Shown: piece by piece, positions 40,478 through 50,878 of the stretch
Numbering within the stretch: the stretch's first letter is position 1
How the letters are laid out: the number at the start of each line of letters is the position of its first letter
Assembly (NCBI GenBank): GCA_000092065.1
Contig: CP000588.1
Length of the DNA: 64,000 nucleotides
Source: Ostreococcus lucimarinus
Lineage: Eukaryota
Direction: 5' to 3' (one strand)
Position numbers and translations under genes: made by a program
Notes under the pieces: model-generated
Databases searched by the model: none
Told to the model about the DNA's origin: nothing
The model's input: only the letters and a program-made list of their open reading frames with translations

Positions 40478-40879
40478 GCTCGCGTCGTCGCTCCCCCGCT
40501 CCGCACCTTCGCCGTCGCCGCCGGCGCCTCTCCCGCGTTCCGACCGTGCCAATAATGATACGACAGCTCGCCCTTCCCGTCGCCGTCGCGCCGTCGCGCG
40601 CGCGCGTCGTCGTCGTCGTCGCTCATGGCGTCGAAAGATGTTCCACGACCGTCGAACCTCCCCTCTCGCGCGCGCGCGCGCGTCGTCGCGCGCGCGCGCG
40701 CGACGCCGACGCCGCGCGCGCGATCCGCGTCGCGTCGCGCGCGCGATCCGCGTCGCGCGCGCCGCGCGACGCGTCGTCGCGCGTCGCGATGTGCGCGCGC
40801 CCGCGTCGTCACAAATCGCCGCGCGCGGCGCCGCCGCCGACGCCTCGCGCGACGCGCGCGCGGCGAGCGACGCGAAACG

Positions 40880-42124
40880 ATGCGCGTCGACGACGGCGCG
40901 CGCGACGGCGCGCGAGGCGACGGCGCGCGCGACGCGACGCGCGAGGGATGGACGACCGGGCGCGATGCGTCGACGGTGTCGCGCGCGCGCCTGCACGGCG
41001 CGCCGCGCGGCCGCGCGCGCGGACGCGCGTGGCCGCGCCGAGGACGCGCGCGACGACCGGGAGACGTCGTGTTCTGGCATCGCGTCGCGCGCGAGTTTTT
41101 CGACGTCGGGTTCGAGCACTGGGCGGTGTACGTCGGACGCGTCGGCGTCGCGGACGACGCGCTGGGGATTTGGCGGTGGATGCGGGACGGCGACGACGTC
41201 GACGCGGCGGTGGAGTGCGTGGTGCACCTGTGGGGGGCGCCCGAGGGCGGCGAGGACGAGGGAGGGGAGAGGAATCGAGACATGGACGCGAACGCGGCGT
41301 GCGTGCTGAGCCCGCTGGCGGACGTCGGCGAGGACCCGAGGTGCGGGAACGAGCGGTTCGACGCGACGCACGCGCCGCTGAGAATCGGAGAGATCGTCGA
41401 TCGGTGTCGATTGGCGGTGGATCAGGGGTTCTACGAGGGACGATACGGGGCGTATTGCGTGCGGGCGAATAACTGCGAGCACTTCGCCACGTGGGCGCGG
41501 TACGGGGTTCGATTCAGTCAGCAAATCGAAGACACGGTGTCGTTGGGGGTGAACATAGCGCGAGTCGCGGCGTCGCTGTTGGCGCGGCGAGACGTGGGGA
41601 CGGATCCGAACGCGATGAACATGGCGAAGCATCTCATCATGGGCACGCGCGTCAATCCCAACGACGAAGAGGAAATCGCGGCCGCCGTCAAGGACATGCA
41701 CGGCGGCGAGTCGCCAAAGTACACCGCCGAGGAAGACGTGGCGTATGTTCTTGACTATATCATCGATCGCGTCGACGTCGAGGTCGAAGATCAGCTCGAG
41801 AGAGACCGTGAGAGAGTGCACGTGCCGTGGTCTTCGAGACCGGTGCCGGCGAGTCGCGAAATCGCGACGCTTTCGTTCGGTCGCGCGCGCTCGGTTCGTC
41901 CGGGTGTGCCCGAGGAAGAAGAGTCGCTCTCCATCACTGCTGGTCAAGTGTCGGCGTTCGCCGGTCAGGTTGGTAGATTCGTCGGTCAAGCGTCCACGAG
42001 CGCGTTTCGCATATTGGGCGCCGGTTTGGAGGAATTGGCCAGAACAAGTCAACCGCCGCCGAGCGCGGATCCACCGATCTCGCCGCCAGCGACGACCGCG
42101 GGCGAACGCGAAACCGATAGCTGA
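40880..42124 (+). CDS. LRAT/PLAAT (NlpC/P60 superfamily) domain protein
   Basis: HWAVYVG ... YGAYCVRANNCEHFATWARYG (conserved His and NCEHF catalytic-Cys motif), with a long C-terminal extension. Start uncertain; the track ORF begins at 40625. Confidence 0.6.
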   Translation: MRVDDGARDGARGDGARDATREGWTTGRDASTVSRARLHGAPRGRARGRAWPRRGRARRPGDVVFWHRVAREFFDVGFEHWAVYVGRVGVADDALGIWRWMRDGDDVDAAVECVVHLWGAPEGGEDEGGERNRDMDANAACVLSPLADVGEDPRCGNERFDATHAPLRIGEIVDRCRLAVDQGFYEGRYGAYCVRANNCEHFATWARYGVRFSQQIEDTVSLGVNIARVAASLLARRDVGTDPNAMNMAKHLIMGTRVNPNDEEEIAAAVKDMHGGESPKYTAEEDVAYVLDYIIDRVDVEVEDQLERDRERVHVPWSSRPVPASREIATLSFGRARSVRPGVPEEEESLSITAGQVSAFAGQVGRFVGQASTSAFRILGAGLEELARTSQPPPSADPPISPPATTAGERETDS

Positions 42125-42170
42125 TTAGATCTAGGACTGAAGTATAGTTACACAGTTACACGATCCGTAG

Positions 42171-43217
42171 TCACTGTTGAGGCGAAAAAAACGCCGGCGG
42201 CGCGTCTGCGCGCGTGGGCGCCGGGCGGTTGCGAAATAACAACGACGAGACGCGATCGTTCAACCTTGTCATGCTCTCTCGCGCACGACGCTTGTACTCT
42301 TCGACGATCGCCGGCAACGCTTCGTCGTGGTCTATATATATATCATCCATGCTCTCGACTAACTCATCCTCCGCCGCGGAGAGAGCATGGCGAAAACGGT
42401 CCATCTCGTCGACGTCGGCGTCGGCGTCTGCGAACTCGATTTCCGTGATTCGATCGTCCAGTTCCCGCAGAACCCCGATCTGCTGACGCAGGTACTCCAC
42501 CGCGACGACGGTCGAGTCCGGCGTCGGCATCGAGTATTCCGATTCCCCCTCCGATTCCTCGCCCGCGTTCGCCGGCATCGCGAGTTCCGTCGTCGCCTCG
42601 CCGCTCCCCAACGCGCGGTACCGAACCGTCTCCACCGACGACGACGTCGTCGTCGATCGCGCGCGCTCCACTCGCGACACCGTCTTCAGCGACGCCGCGT
42701 CCTCGTTCACCTCGCTCAACGACCGCCCTCGAATCTTCGTCTCCGCGCGTCTCTTCGCCAACGCCTCCGCGCCCGCCGGATACTTTTCGCGCACGTACGC
42801 CTCCAAGCTCTCGAACCCAACCCTCGTCGCGTGCGCCTCCAGAATCTCACCAAACGTCAAAAACGCTTCCCTCGCCGCGAGCGCCATCGCCAGCGCGCAC
42901 GCGCCGTCCGCCTCCGCCGTCGGGTCGGCGCCGTATCGCGTCAGCAGCGTCTCCGCGAATTCCCCCTTGCCCGTCTTCACCGCCTCCGTCAGCATCGTCA
43001 GCCCGCGTCCGTTGAGCGTGTTAAACTTCAGCGACACCACGCCGACGCCGCCGTAGACTCGCACCGCGGCGTCGAGGTTGCGCTCGAACTGGTCGCGCTT
43101 GTCGCGCTTCATGTCGGCGACGGCGAGCAATAAATTCACCGACGCCGACGCGCGCTTCGCGCGATCCAGCGGCAGCGCGCGCGCGATGGACGACAGATCG
43201 AATCCCGCGATCGACAT
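42171..43217 (-). CDS. Hypothetical ankyrin-repeat protein with acidic C-terminus
   Basis: NGRGLTMLTEAVKTGKGEFAETLLTRYGADPTAEADGACALAMA fits the ankyrin consensus. Confidence 0.5.
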   Translation of the reverse strand: MSIAGFDLSSIARALPLDRAKRASASVNLLLAVADMKRDKRDQFERNLDAAVRVYGGVGVVSLKFNTLNGRGLTMLTEAVKTGKGEFAETLLTRYGADPTAEADGACALAMALAAREAFLTFGEILEAHATRVGFESLEAYVREKYPAGAEALAKRRAETKIRGRSLSEVNEDAASLKTVSRVERARSTTTSSSVETVRYRALGSGEATTELAMPANAGEESEGESEYSMPTPDSTVVAVEYLRQQIGVLRELDDRITEIEFADADADVDEMDRFRHALSAAEDELVESMDDIYIDHDEALPAIVEEYKRRARESMTRLNDRVSSLLFRNRPAPTRADAPPAFFSPQQ

Positions 43218-43337
43218 CGCGCGCGCGGTCGCGCCGCGCGAGGCGCGCGTCGCGAACGGACGCGCGGACGCGCGCCGTCCCGCGCGCGCGCGCCCACATC
43301 GCTCACATTTTTATATAGCGTCATTGGACGTATTATA

Positions 43338-44735
43338 GTGCCTCAGAGTCCATATAATGACGGTACGCATACCCATTTACCAGAGAATGACAAAGACCCC
43401 GTCGAGATCGACGCGCGGGGGAACCAACGCGCGAACGATTTCGTCGGTTCGGTTCCCGCGTCACATCGCGCGGCGACCGACGCGACGCGCGACGACGCGA
43501 CGCGCGACGACGGGATGTTTGAAAATTTCGCGTCGACCTCGCGCTCGACGCTCGAGCGCGGCGCGTCGAGCGAACGCGAACGGCGACCGTTCGCGGATTT
43601 GCGAAACGACGCGAGCGCGGGACGGGGGGACTCGGGCGCGTCGCGCGCGTCCACGGTGGAGCTGCGACGGGGCGCGCGATGGGCGCGGGATGATTTCGTC
43701 GAGACGCCCGCGGCGCTGCGAAAGCGAGTGGAGTCGCTGGACGCGTTCGGGACGGTGCGAAGGACGGAGGACGCGACGCCGGCGAGCTTCGCGGCGGAGA
43801 CGACGACGGACGGAGGACGAATGACGGAGGAGTTCGATCGGAAGCGGGCGCTGACGCCGTATTACGGCGAGATGCGAGGCGAGCGAGTGGCGTGCGGGGT
43901 GGTGCAGACGCCGGAGACGGAGAGCGTGGGAGAGGCGATGCGGCGGGAGACGCGGCGGCGCGCGGAGGCGAGCGAGGGGTACGGAGCGCGGGGCGCGGTG
44001 CTGGAGGTGTTGTTGTGGCGAGACGCCGCGCGATCGGCGATTCATTTCACGATTGGGATGACGATGTTGTTGTTCGTGCGTCTCGCGCCGCGGTCGACGG
44101 TGAGTGGGGTGAGTTTGACGGCGTACGCGTCGATGGCGTACTTGGCGTACAAGTACGTGTGGGCGGTGATGTTTCCGCGACTGTCGTACGGTTTAGAGCT
44201 GAACGATCGCGCGGTGGGAGATATGGCGCAGCGGTGGGCGATTTCATTCAACGCGTGGGCGTCCAGACACCGAGGCGTGCTCGCGGGACGGGACAACAGC
44301 GCCGTGTTTCGAACGTTTCTCGCGTTGTACGCCGTCAGCGCGCTCGGGCACGTCATGTCCGCGTGGGCCGTCGCCACGACGCTCTGGGTCGGCGCGTTCA
44401 CCGTGCCTCCATTTTTCGACGCGTATAGATACTCGATCACCAACGCCTACGTCACCGCTCACATTTTCACGTCCTCTCGCTTCAACGCGCTGAGCGCGCC
44501 GAAGCGTTGGATCGGCGGTTTACTCCTCGGCGCCTTCGCCTTCGCCTCGGTCAACGTCAAGGCGAGATTTTGTCTCTCCTTCCTCGCCCTCGTCGCCTTT
44601 CGCATGTTCCGCGAAACGCACGTCAAGGAGCTCGCGGCGTTCGAGAACATCGTCCGAAGCGCCAGCCGTCGAGTGTCCCGCAGCATGAACGAGTTCGCCA
44701 TGATTTTATCCCCCGCCGCGCGCCACCGCCGATGA
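43338..44735 (+). CDS. Reticulon-like protein (C-terminal reticulon homology domain)
   Basis: VLEVLLWRDAARSAIHFTIGMTMLLFV... followed by two long hydrophobic hairpins and YRYSIT; typical RHD topology. N-terminal extent uncertain. Confidence 0.65.
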   Translation: MPQSPYNDGTHTHLPENDKDPVEIDARGNQRANDFVGSVPASHRAATDATRDDATRDDGMFENFASTSRSTLERGASSERERRPFADLRNDASAGRGDSGASRASTVELRRGARWARDDFVETPAALRKRVESLDAFGTVRRTEDATPASFAAETTTDGGRMTEEFDRKRALTPYYGEMRGERVACGVVQTPETESVGEAMRRETRRRAEASEGYGARGAVLEVLLWRDAARSAIHFTIGMTMLLFVRLAPRSTVSGVSLTAYASMAYLAYKYVWAVMFPRLSYGLELNDRAVGDMAQRWAISFNAWASRHRGVLAGRDNSAVFRTFLALYAVSALGHVMSAWAVATTLWVGAFTVPPFFDAYRYSITNAYVTAHIFTSSRFNALSAPKRWIGGLLLGAFAFASVNVKARFCLSFLALVAFRMFRETHVKELAAFENIVRSASRRVSRSMNEFAMILSPAARHRR

Positions 44736-44851
44736 GTTAGTTAGAGTCGATGACGATGACGATGACACTGGCACGACGACGACGATCCACGCGACACTTC
44801 ACGACGACGCGCCCGTCCCGGCGCTTCGCATTGTAACGCAAATTTATGCCA

Positions 44852-46151
44852 TCACCACTCTTCGTTAATGCGCACGGCGAGTTGATTCGCCAAAGCCTTG
44901 ACGGCGCGCCGGGCGTAAAAACTGCGAAACGGTTCGGGCAACTCGTCCAACGCGCTCCCCGCGCGCGAGGCGAGATCACACGCCTCTTTGCCCGCAACCA
45001 AGTCTTTATTACCGTAGATATCACTCGGATTGTACGCGCTCGGTTCAAACGTGCGAAAGAACACATTCACCGCCACGGACGCGCCGTCGCCCGAGGCGTA
45101 GACGTGATGAAACCAAAACGCGGGAATGAACAGAGCGTCGCCCGGGCGAAGCTTGATTTTCAACGCCGCGTCTTTGGCGTACTTATCGAACAGTGGAAAT
45201 TCTCCGGGCGCGTCGTTTGGGTAATTCACGCGCGAACTCGAGCCTTGGACGTACATGTACGAGTCCACCTCTGGTGGAAACAACGTCACCTCCTTTTCGC
45301 CGGCGAGTTGAATCAGAACGTTATCGTGCGTGTCAAAGTGCGTCTGGAGCGTCGTCTCGGACGAACTGATTCGCAACACGGAGCTGTGAAAGCGCGTCTC
45401 GGGCCACACGCATTCGAGCTCGAGCGCCCGAGCGAGTCCCGGATGCGTTCGACGCACGTCCGCGCGCGCCTTACCGTCGACGCTTCTCAAATAATATCGC
45501 TCACCTTCCCCAATCAACGGTTCGCGTCCCGCGCGCTCGCTCACGCGATCGAGAAACTCACCGAACGCCATCTTTCGGAACTGAAAGTTTCTCGGCGTCC
45601 CCGGCGCGCGGTGTCCGGCTAAATCTATGACGCGCTCGGCGCACACGTGCACGTCGACGACGGCGTCGACGTCGCACGCCTCGCGCACGCGTTCGATCGA
45701 CCACGCGCTCGAGCAGTACCCCCGACACACCATCGGCCCGCGCGCGCATTCACCTCCCGAACCGCTCGACGCCAGCATCGCCCGCATCGCGTCCGCGTCC
45801 ACGTCCGATCCTCCCTCGCGTTCGCTCGCCGCGCGTCTCGCCGGAAACAACCACCGCGCGTCTCTTCCCGGATCCTCCCGAATCCGCCCCACTCGCGCCG
45901 CGCCCGCGTCCGCGTCCCGCGTCTCCGCGCGTCGCCGCCTCCCCCCTCGCGCGCCGTCGCGCTCGTCGCGCAGTCTCACCGCGAAGACGACGTCCCGCTC
46001 GCTCGCCGTCGCGTCCCGCGCCGCCGCCAGCCTTCGCGCTCGCACCGGCACCGCCAGCACCTCGCGCGCGCGCGCCCCACCGAACCGCGTCTCGCGCATC
46101 TCTCGCGTCGTCATCGTCGTCGTCGTCGCGCCGTCGAGCGCGAGCCACGTC

Positions 46152-46185
<34 letters not shown>

Positions 46186-46342
46186 GCGCCGTCACCGAAC
46201 CGTCATCCTCATCGTCGTCGTCGTCGTCGCCGACGCGCGCGAGCGTCCGCGCGCGCCCGCCCGCGGCGCCGACGCGTTTCACCGCGTCCTTCACGCGTTT
46301 CCCGACGCCGTTCGTCACCGGCGCGCACGCGTGGATCGACAT
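44852..46342 (-). CDS. JmjC-domain 2OG/Fe(II) oxygenase (JMJD7/TYW5/HSPBAP1-like small JmjC hydroxylase)
   Basis: HFDTHDNVLIQLAGEKEVTLFPP (HxD) and FIPAFWFHHVYA (distal His). The N-terminal part of the track ORF is poly-Asp/Arg low complexity and the start is probably internal (about 45650). Confidence 0.65.
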
Positions 46343-46752
46343 CGTTCGATTCGCGATTCGCGCGCGACGAAATGCGTCGCGACGACGTCCTCGCCGCGTC
46401 GCCTCGCGTTCCGACCATCGCGCGCGCGTCGCATTTTTTCGCGTCGTCGCGTTTTTTCGCCCGACGCGGCGCGCGCGCGGTCGCGCGCGCGCCGTCGACG
46501 CGCGCGCGACTCGACGTAAAAACGCATCGAAAACGTCTTCCGAGGCGGATCTCCGCGCGCGCGCCGGCGCGACGGTCGCGTCGGCGCGTCGGCGCGCGCT
46601 CGAGCGCGCGCGACTATTTTTTTTCGCGCGACGTCGCGGTCGAGCGCGCGCTCGATCGTCGTCGACGGCGCCGCGCCGCGCGCGGTCGGTCGCCGCGCGC
46701 GGTCGCGCGTCGCGCGCGTCGCGGCGCGACGCGCGTCACGGCGCGACGCGTC

Positions 46753-47985
46753 ATGGACGTCGAGCGCGACGCGGCGCGCGCGCTCGCGGCGATGTCGACG
46801 ACGATCGAGCGCGCGACGACGACGCGCGACCGCGCGAACGACGCGCGACTCGGGTCGGGCGCGCGACGCGAGACGATGGACGAGGCGAAGGGCGCGACGG
46901 CGACGGCGCGAGGATCGGCGACGAGGGCGGCGTCGGCGCGCGAGACGGCGGTGCGAACGCCGATGATTCGCGAGGCGCGGCGGCGGGCGACGACGAGGAC
47001 GAGGACGCGCGAGGGGGGGGAGGGCGGGCGCGGGGCGCGCGAGGACGGTTTGAAATTCAAAGTCGGCGGCGACGACGAGACGCGGTCGACGAGAGGGGCG
47101 AGCGCGAGCGCGTCGGGGGGGGCGCGCGAGGCGGTGGTGGTTGGAATGCGATTAGACGCGCTGTTTGACGCCGCCGCGGATCGGGAGACGAGGGATTCGG
47201 AAGCGGCGACGAGGGCGGACGATTTGACGGCGTTCGCGGCGGCGATGACGCCGCGGGCGCGCGAGAGAGCGCCGCGGCGCGCGCTGGCGGTGTACGAGAA
47301 GACATTCGTGTGTGGGATAGGAGGGTGTGAGAAGAGTTACGGGAGCGCTTCGAGTTTGTGCGCGCATAAACGAGCGAGACATCCGGGTTGGCGCGAAGCG
47401 GCGACCGCGACGAAGGCGACGACGATCAAGAAGGAAGACGACGAAGACGTGATCGACGGCGCCGGAGACGCCGGAGACGCGGTCGATGATGATGGTAACG
47501 TCTTCGACGACGCGTCGATGCGCCTGGCGCGCAAACGCGGGGCGAGCGGTTTGAACGACGCGAACCGCGCGTCGGCGCTCGGCGCCTACTTTGAAATCGT
47601 CGCCGCGGATGCGCACGGACGTTTGAGTTCGGCGAATCGAACCAAACGGCGTCTCGTTCGTCTTTCTAAAGACGCGGGCGCGTGCGCGAACGACCCGAGC
47701 GAGCCCGCGGAACGGCGCGCCGCCGCCGCCGCCGCCGCGCGCGTCTTCGCGACGGTGGAAGAGTCCGTCGACGGCGAGCAAGAGCGCGCCAGCGCTTGGT
47801 TACACACCCTCGACGACGCCTCGAGGGCGGTTTCGAAAACTCAAACCTCGTCGTCGATCATCGACGCACGAGCGCTCGACCCGGACGCGCGTTCGCACGC
47901 GCCGGAGCTCGTCCGCGCGTGCGTTCGGCACCGCATCGCTCGCGTCTTACGCCGAGCCTTCGTCCAAGCCGCGTCGCCGGCGTGA
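46753..47985 (+). CDS. Hypothetical C2H2 zinc-finger protein
   Basis: FVCGIGGCEKSYGSASSLCAHKRARH classic C2H2 finger; the rest is low complexity. Start uncertain. Confidence 0.5.
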   Translation: MDVERDAARALAAMSTTIERATTTRDRANDARLGSGARRETMDEAKGATATARGSATRAASARETAVRTPMIREARRRATTRTRTREGGEGGRGAREDGLKFKVGGDDETRSTRGASASASGGAREAVVVGMRLDALFDAAADRETRDSEAATRADDLTAFAAAMTPRARERAPRRALAVYEKTFVCGIGGCEKSYGSASSLCAHKRARHPGWREAATATKATTIKKEDDEDVIDGAGDAGDAVDDDGNVFDDASMRLARKRGASGLNDANRASALGAYFEIVAADAHGRLSSANRTKRRLVRLSKDAGACANDPSEPAERRAAAAAAARVFATVEESVDGEQERASAWLHTLDDASRAVSKTQTSSSIIDARALDPDARSHAPELVRACVRHRIARVLRRAFVQAASPA

Positions 47986-48154
47986 TTTATTTCATTTTTA
48001 ATACTATTTCCCGACCGAACGCCAGCGAAACCGATCGCGTCGATCGCTGCCTCGCGGCCGTGCCCGGCCCATCATGAGCAGCCCGGCCGGTCACGGCGCG
48101 GGCGGCGTCAACAGTTAAAATAGTGACAATAAGAGAAGACAATTTTTACCGCAC

Positions 48155-48823
48155 ATGCGCGCGCGCGCCTCGCCCGTCGGCGCGCGCGCGATGGGCGCCC
48201 CCACCCGCGGCGCCGCCCGCGCGCCTCGCGCGACGCTCCCCGAGCTCGACGCGCGCGCCGACGCGCGTCCGATCCGTCCCCGCCACCTCGTCGCGAACGA
48301 AATCATCGTCGTCGACGACGCCCTCACCGCGCGAGACTGCGCGCGAATCGTCGACGCGATCGGCGATGACTTCGCGGCGAGCTCGAGCCGCGGACCGCGG
48401 CACGGCGAGGCGCGGCGACGAAACGGACGGTTCGCGGAGACGAGCGAGGCGTTCGCGCGACGGCTGTACGAGAGGGCGAACGTCGCGGCGACGTTTGGAT
48501 TTGAAATCGACGACGCGGTGGGATTGAATCCAAACATACGAGTGTATCGGTATCGAGCGCGCGAACACTTCGGCGCGCACGTCGACGAGCGCGTGACGGC
48601 GCTCGGGAGACGAAGTAAGTACACGGCGTTGTTTTATCTGAGCGAAGACGTCGAGGGCGGGTCGACTATTTTTTACGACGAGGTCGGAGAAGAACGGTGT
48701 CGAGTGCGACCGAAGATCGGACGGGCGCTTTATTTCAGGCACGGTGCGGACATGCCCGAGCACGAGGGGGAGGAAGTGCGCGAGGGGACGAAGTACGTGC
48801 TCAGGAGCGACGTGTTGTTTTGA
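48155..48823 (+). CDS. Prolyl 4-hydroxylase alpha-like 2OG-Fe(II) oxygenase
   Basis: PNIRVYRYRAREHFGAHVDE (HxD), GGSTIFYDE, RALYFRHGADMPEHEGEEV (distal His), KYVLRSDV (RxS 2OG-binding). Confidence 0.7.
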   Translation: MRARASPVGARAMGAPTRGAARAPRATLPELDARADARPIRPRHLVANEIIVVDDALTARDCARIVDAIGDDFAASSSRGPRHGEARRRNGRFAETSEAFARRLYERANVAATFGFEIDDAVGLNPNIRVYRYRAREHFGAHVDERVTALGRRSKYTALFYLSEDVEGGSTIFYDEVGEERCRVRPKIGRALYFRHGADMPEHEGEEVREGTKYVLRSDVLF

Positions 48824-48916
48824 TGAGATGATGTACTGTACAGTCGTCGTCGCGAAAACTAGATGAAGAGCGAGCGGGAGTAGGAGTAGAGTAGGAGTAG
48901 AACAGGTGTGATCGAA

Positions 48917-50680
48917 TCAGCGCTTGAACATGCCCGTGAACGTGGTCGGTCCCTTTTCGCCACCGTTTTCTCGCACGCCGGGGGCGCGCGAACGCGTCGC
49001 CGCAAAGTCGCGCAAGAATTGCGAATCGCCCGCTTCGAAACCCAACAGAGAATCGGAGATACCCATACCCATCGCGTTGAGCGTGTCGCCACCGCCAAAA
49101 TCAGGAATTCCTGGTTCTATGTCGTCTATACCATCGAGCACACCGAGAAGCGATGCGTCGGAGTGTGGCATAAGTTTCGACTTCTTGGGCGAGCGGAAAA
49201 TGTCGCTCAGCGGAGGCGCCGCGGGCTGGGAGTTGACGCGCGCCAGCGGTTGACGCCCACGGGAACCAAGCGTAGGTGGAGGATTCGTGTCGCCGATATC
49301 GGCGAAGTCGCCCATCGTAAGCTCACCGGTCCCAATGTCTAACGGTTGCTTTACCGTCTTCGTCGCCGGCGTGTCGCCGGGAATCGGATCGAAAGTGACG
49401 GCGCCGATGGAGATGCCGCTGAACGCGTTAGACTTGCGTTTCTCGACCGTCTTCGGCGGCGTTTGACCGGGCGCGCGTGCCTTAGTCTCGTGCACCCACG
49501 CATATCGCAACCGAAAACACCTCGGTTCGTCCAGAGAAGCGAACAGGTCCGTCATCTTCAAGTCGCCAAACTTGACGTTCCAAGGACCGAGGGCGCCGGA
49601 TGCGCTTGAAAACGGGTAAATTTGTAAAATATGACTCGGCGTCGGCCGCGCATGCACCCACTTCTCGCTCAAGTGCAACGCGAGAGACGACACGGTCTTC
49701 CTTTGCCTCAACGCAAGCTCTAAAATCGGATTGAACCCTTTCGTCCCGGCGACTTGGTCGTACGTCTCCCGGTTGAGCGGGAACATTTGCACCACAAATT
49801 TAGGCTTGCCGTTTTCGACGATGACCGAGTCCGTCCCTTCAATATTCTCCCCGAACTCATCCACTACATCGTGCGTCACGTCAGTCTTCGCCACGGCGTC
49901 ACCTTTCCCGCGCCCGCTCGCCTCCATCTCGCCCATATTCCGCCACTCCGGCCGAAGCCCGGTCGCGCTCAAGTCTCTCCGCAGCGCCTCGGCGCACTTC
50001 TTTTGCAGCCCGTGCACCTTCGACCCCAATCGCTGTCCAAATGCCCGCACACTCTCACCCTCCAACCCCGCCGCCTGGCGAAACTTCCAATATGATCGAA
50101 ACGCCTCCAAAACCTCCCTCTTGTCCTTCGTATCCAAGCTCAAATTCAAACTCTTCAGGCACCCCTGCAACCGCCGCGTCGCGTTGAATCGAAACTTTTG
50201 CACCAACTTCCGATCCCGCTCGTACGGCGCCCGCTCCATCGCATCACACACTTTCTTCATGTTCCCATTCGTGCTCAGATACGTCTCGTAAAACATCCTC
50301 TCTTCCTCCAGCGTCCATTCCTTCTTCGCGTCGCGTCGCCCGTCGTCCTCGTCGTCCTCGTCCGCCTCCTCATCGCTCGCCAAGCTCCCCATCGGGCTCG
50401 ATTCGCTCTCCAGGCTCCCCATCGGTTGACTTCCGCTCGCGCTCGCGTCGTCCGCGTCCGCGCGTTCGTCGCTCGCGCGTTCGTCGCCGTCGCGCGTCGT
50501 CGTTCGATCGACGTCTTCACCGTCGTCGATCGACGACGCCTCGCGCGCGCGCGCCGCGACGGCGTCCGTCGCGCGCGTCGGCGCGGCTAACAGTGCCGTC
50601 ATCATGCGCGCCGCGCGCGTCGCCGCGACTCCGCGCGTCGATCGCGCGTCGCCGCGCGCGCGAATGAGGTTTGAATTCAA
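48917..50680 (-). CDS. Hypothetical protein with SANT/Myb-like segment (KKEWTLEEERMFYETYL) and acidic N-terminus
   Basis: W..EE...F...Y spacing is typical of SANT/Myb. No confident family call. Confidence 0.4.
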   Translation of the reverse strand: MNSNLIRARGDARSTRGVAATRAARMMTALLAAPTRATDAVAARAREASSIDDGEDVDRTTTRDGDERASDERADADDASASGSQPMGSLESESSPMGSLASDEEADEDDEDDGRRDAKKEWTLEEERMFYETYLSTNGNMKKVCDAMERAPYERDRKLVQKFRFNATRRLQGCLKSLNLSLDTKDKREVLEAFRSYWKFRQAAGLEGESVRAFGQRLGSKVHGLQKKCAEALRRDLSATGLRPEWRNMGEMEASGRGKGDAVAKTDVTHDVVDEFGENIEGTDSVIVENGKPKFVVQMFPLNRETYDQVAGTKGFNPILELALRQRKTVSSLALHLSEKWVHARPTPSHILQIYPFSSASGALGPWNVKFGDLKMTDLFASLDEPRCFRLRYAWVHETKARAPGQTPPKTVEKRKSNAFSGISIGAVTFDPIPGDTPATKTVKQPLDIGTGELTMGDFADIGDTNPPPTLGSRGRQPLARVNSQPAAPPLSDIFRSPKKSKLMPHSDASLLGVLDGIDDIEPGIPDFGGGDTLNAMGMGISDSLLGFEAGDSQFLRDFAATRSRAPGVRENGGEKGPTTFTGMFKR

Positions 50681-50878
50681 ATATTTGAATCGTCGTTTTG
50701 ACGATCGACCGCACTCCGACGCGTCGCGCCTCGCCTCTTCGCGCGCGACGCGCGTCGCGCGCTCGAGACCGTCGCTCGCGACGCGCGACGGCGATCGAGC
50801 GCGCGTCGCGCGCGCGCGCGCGCTCGACGAGGCCCGCGGCGCGAGGTTTCCGCGCGACGGTCGCGACCGGCGAGGGCG

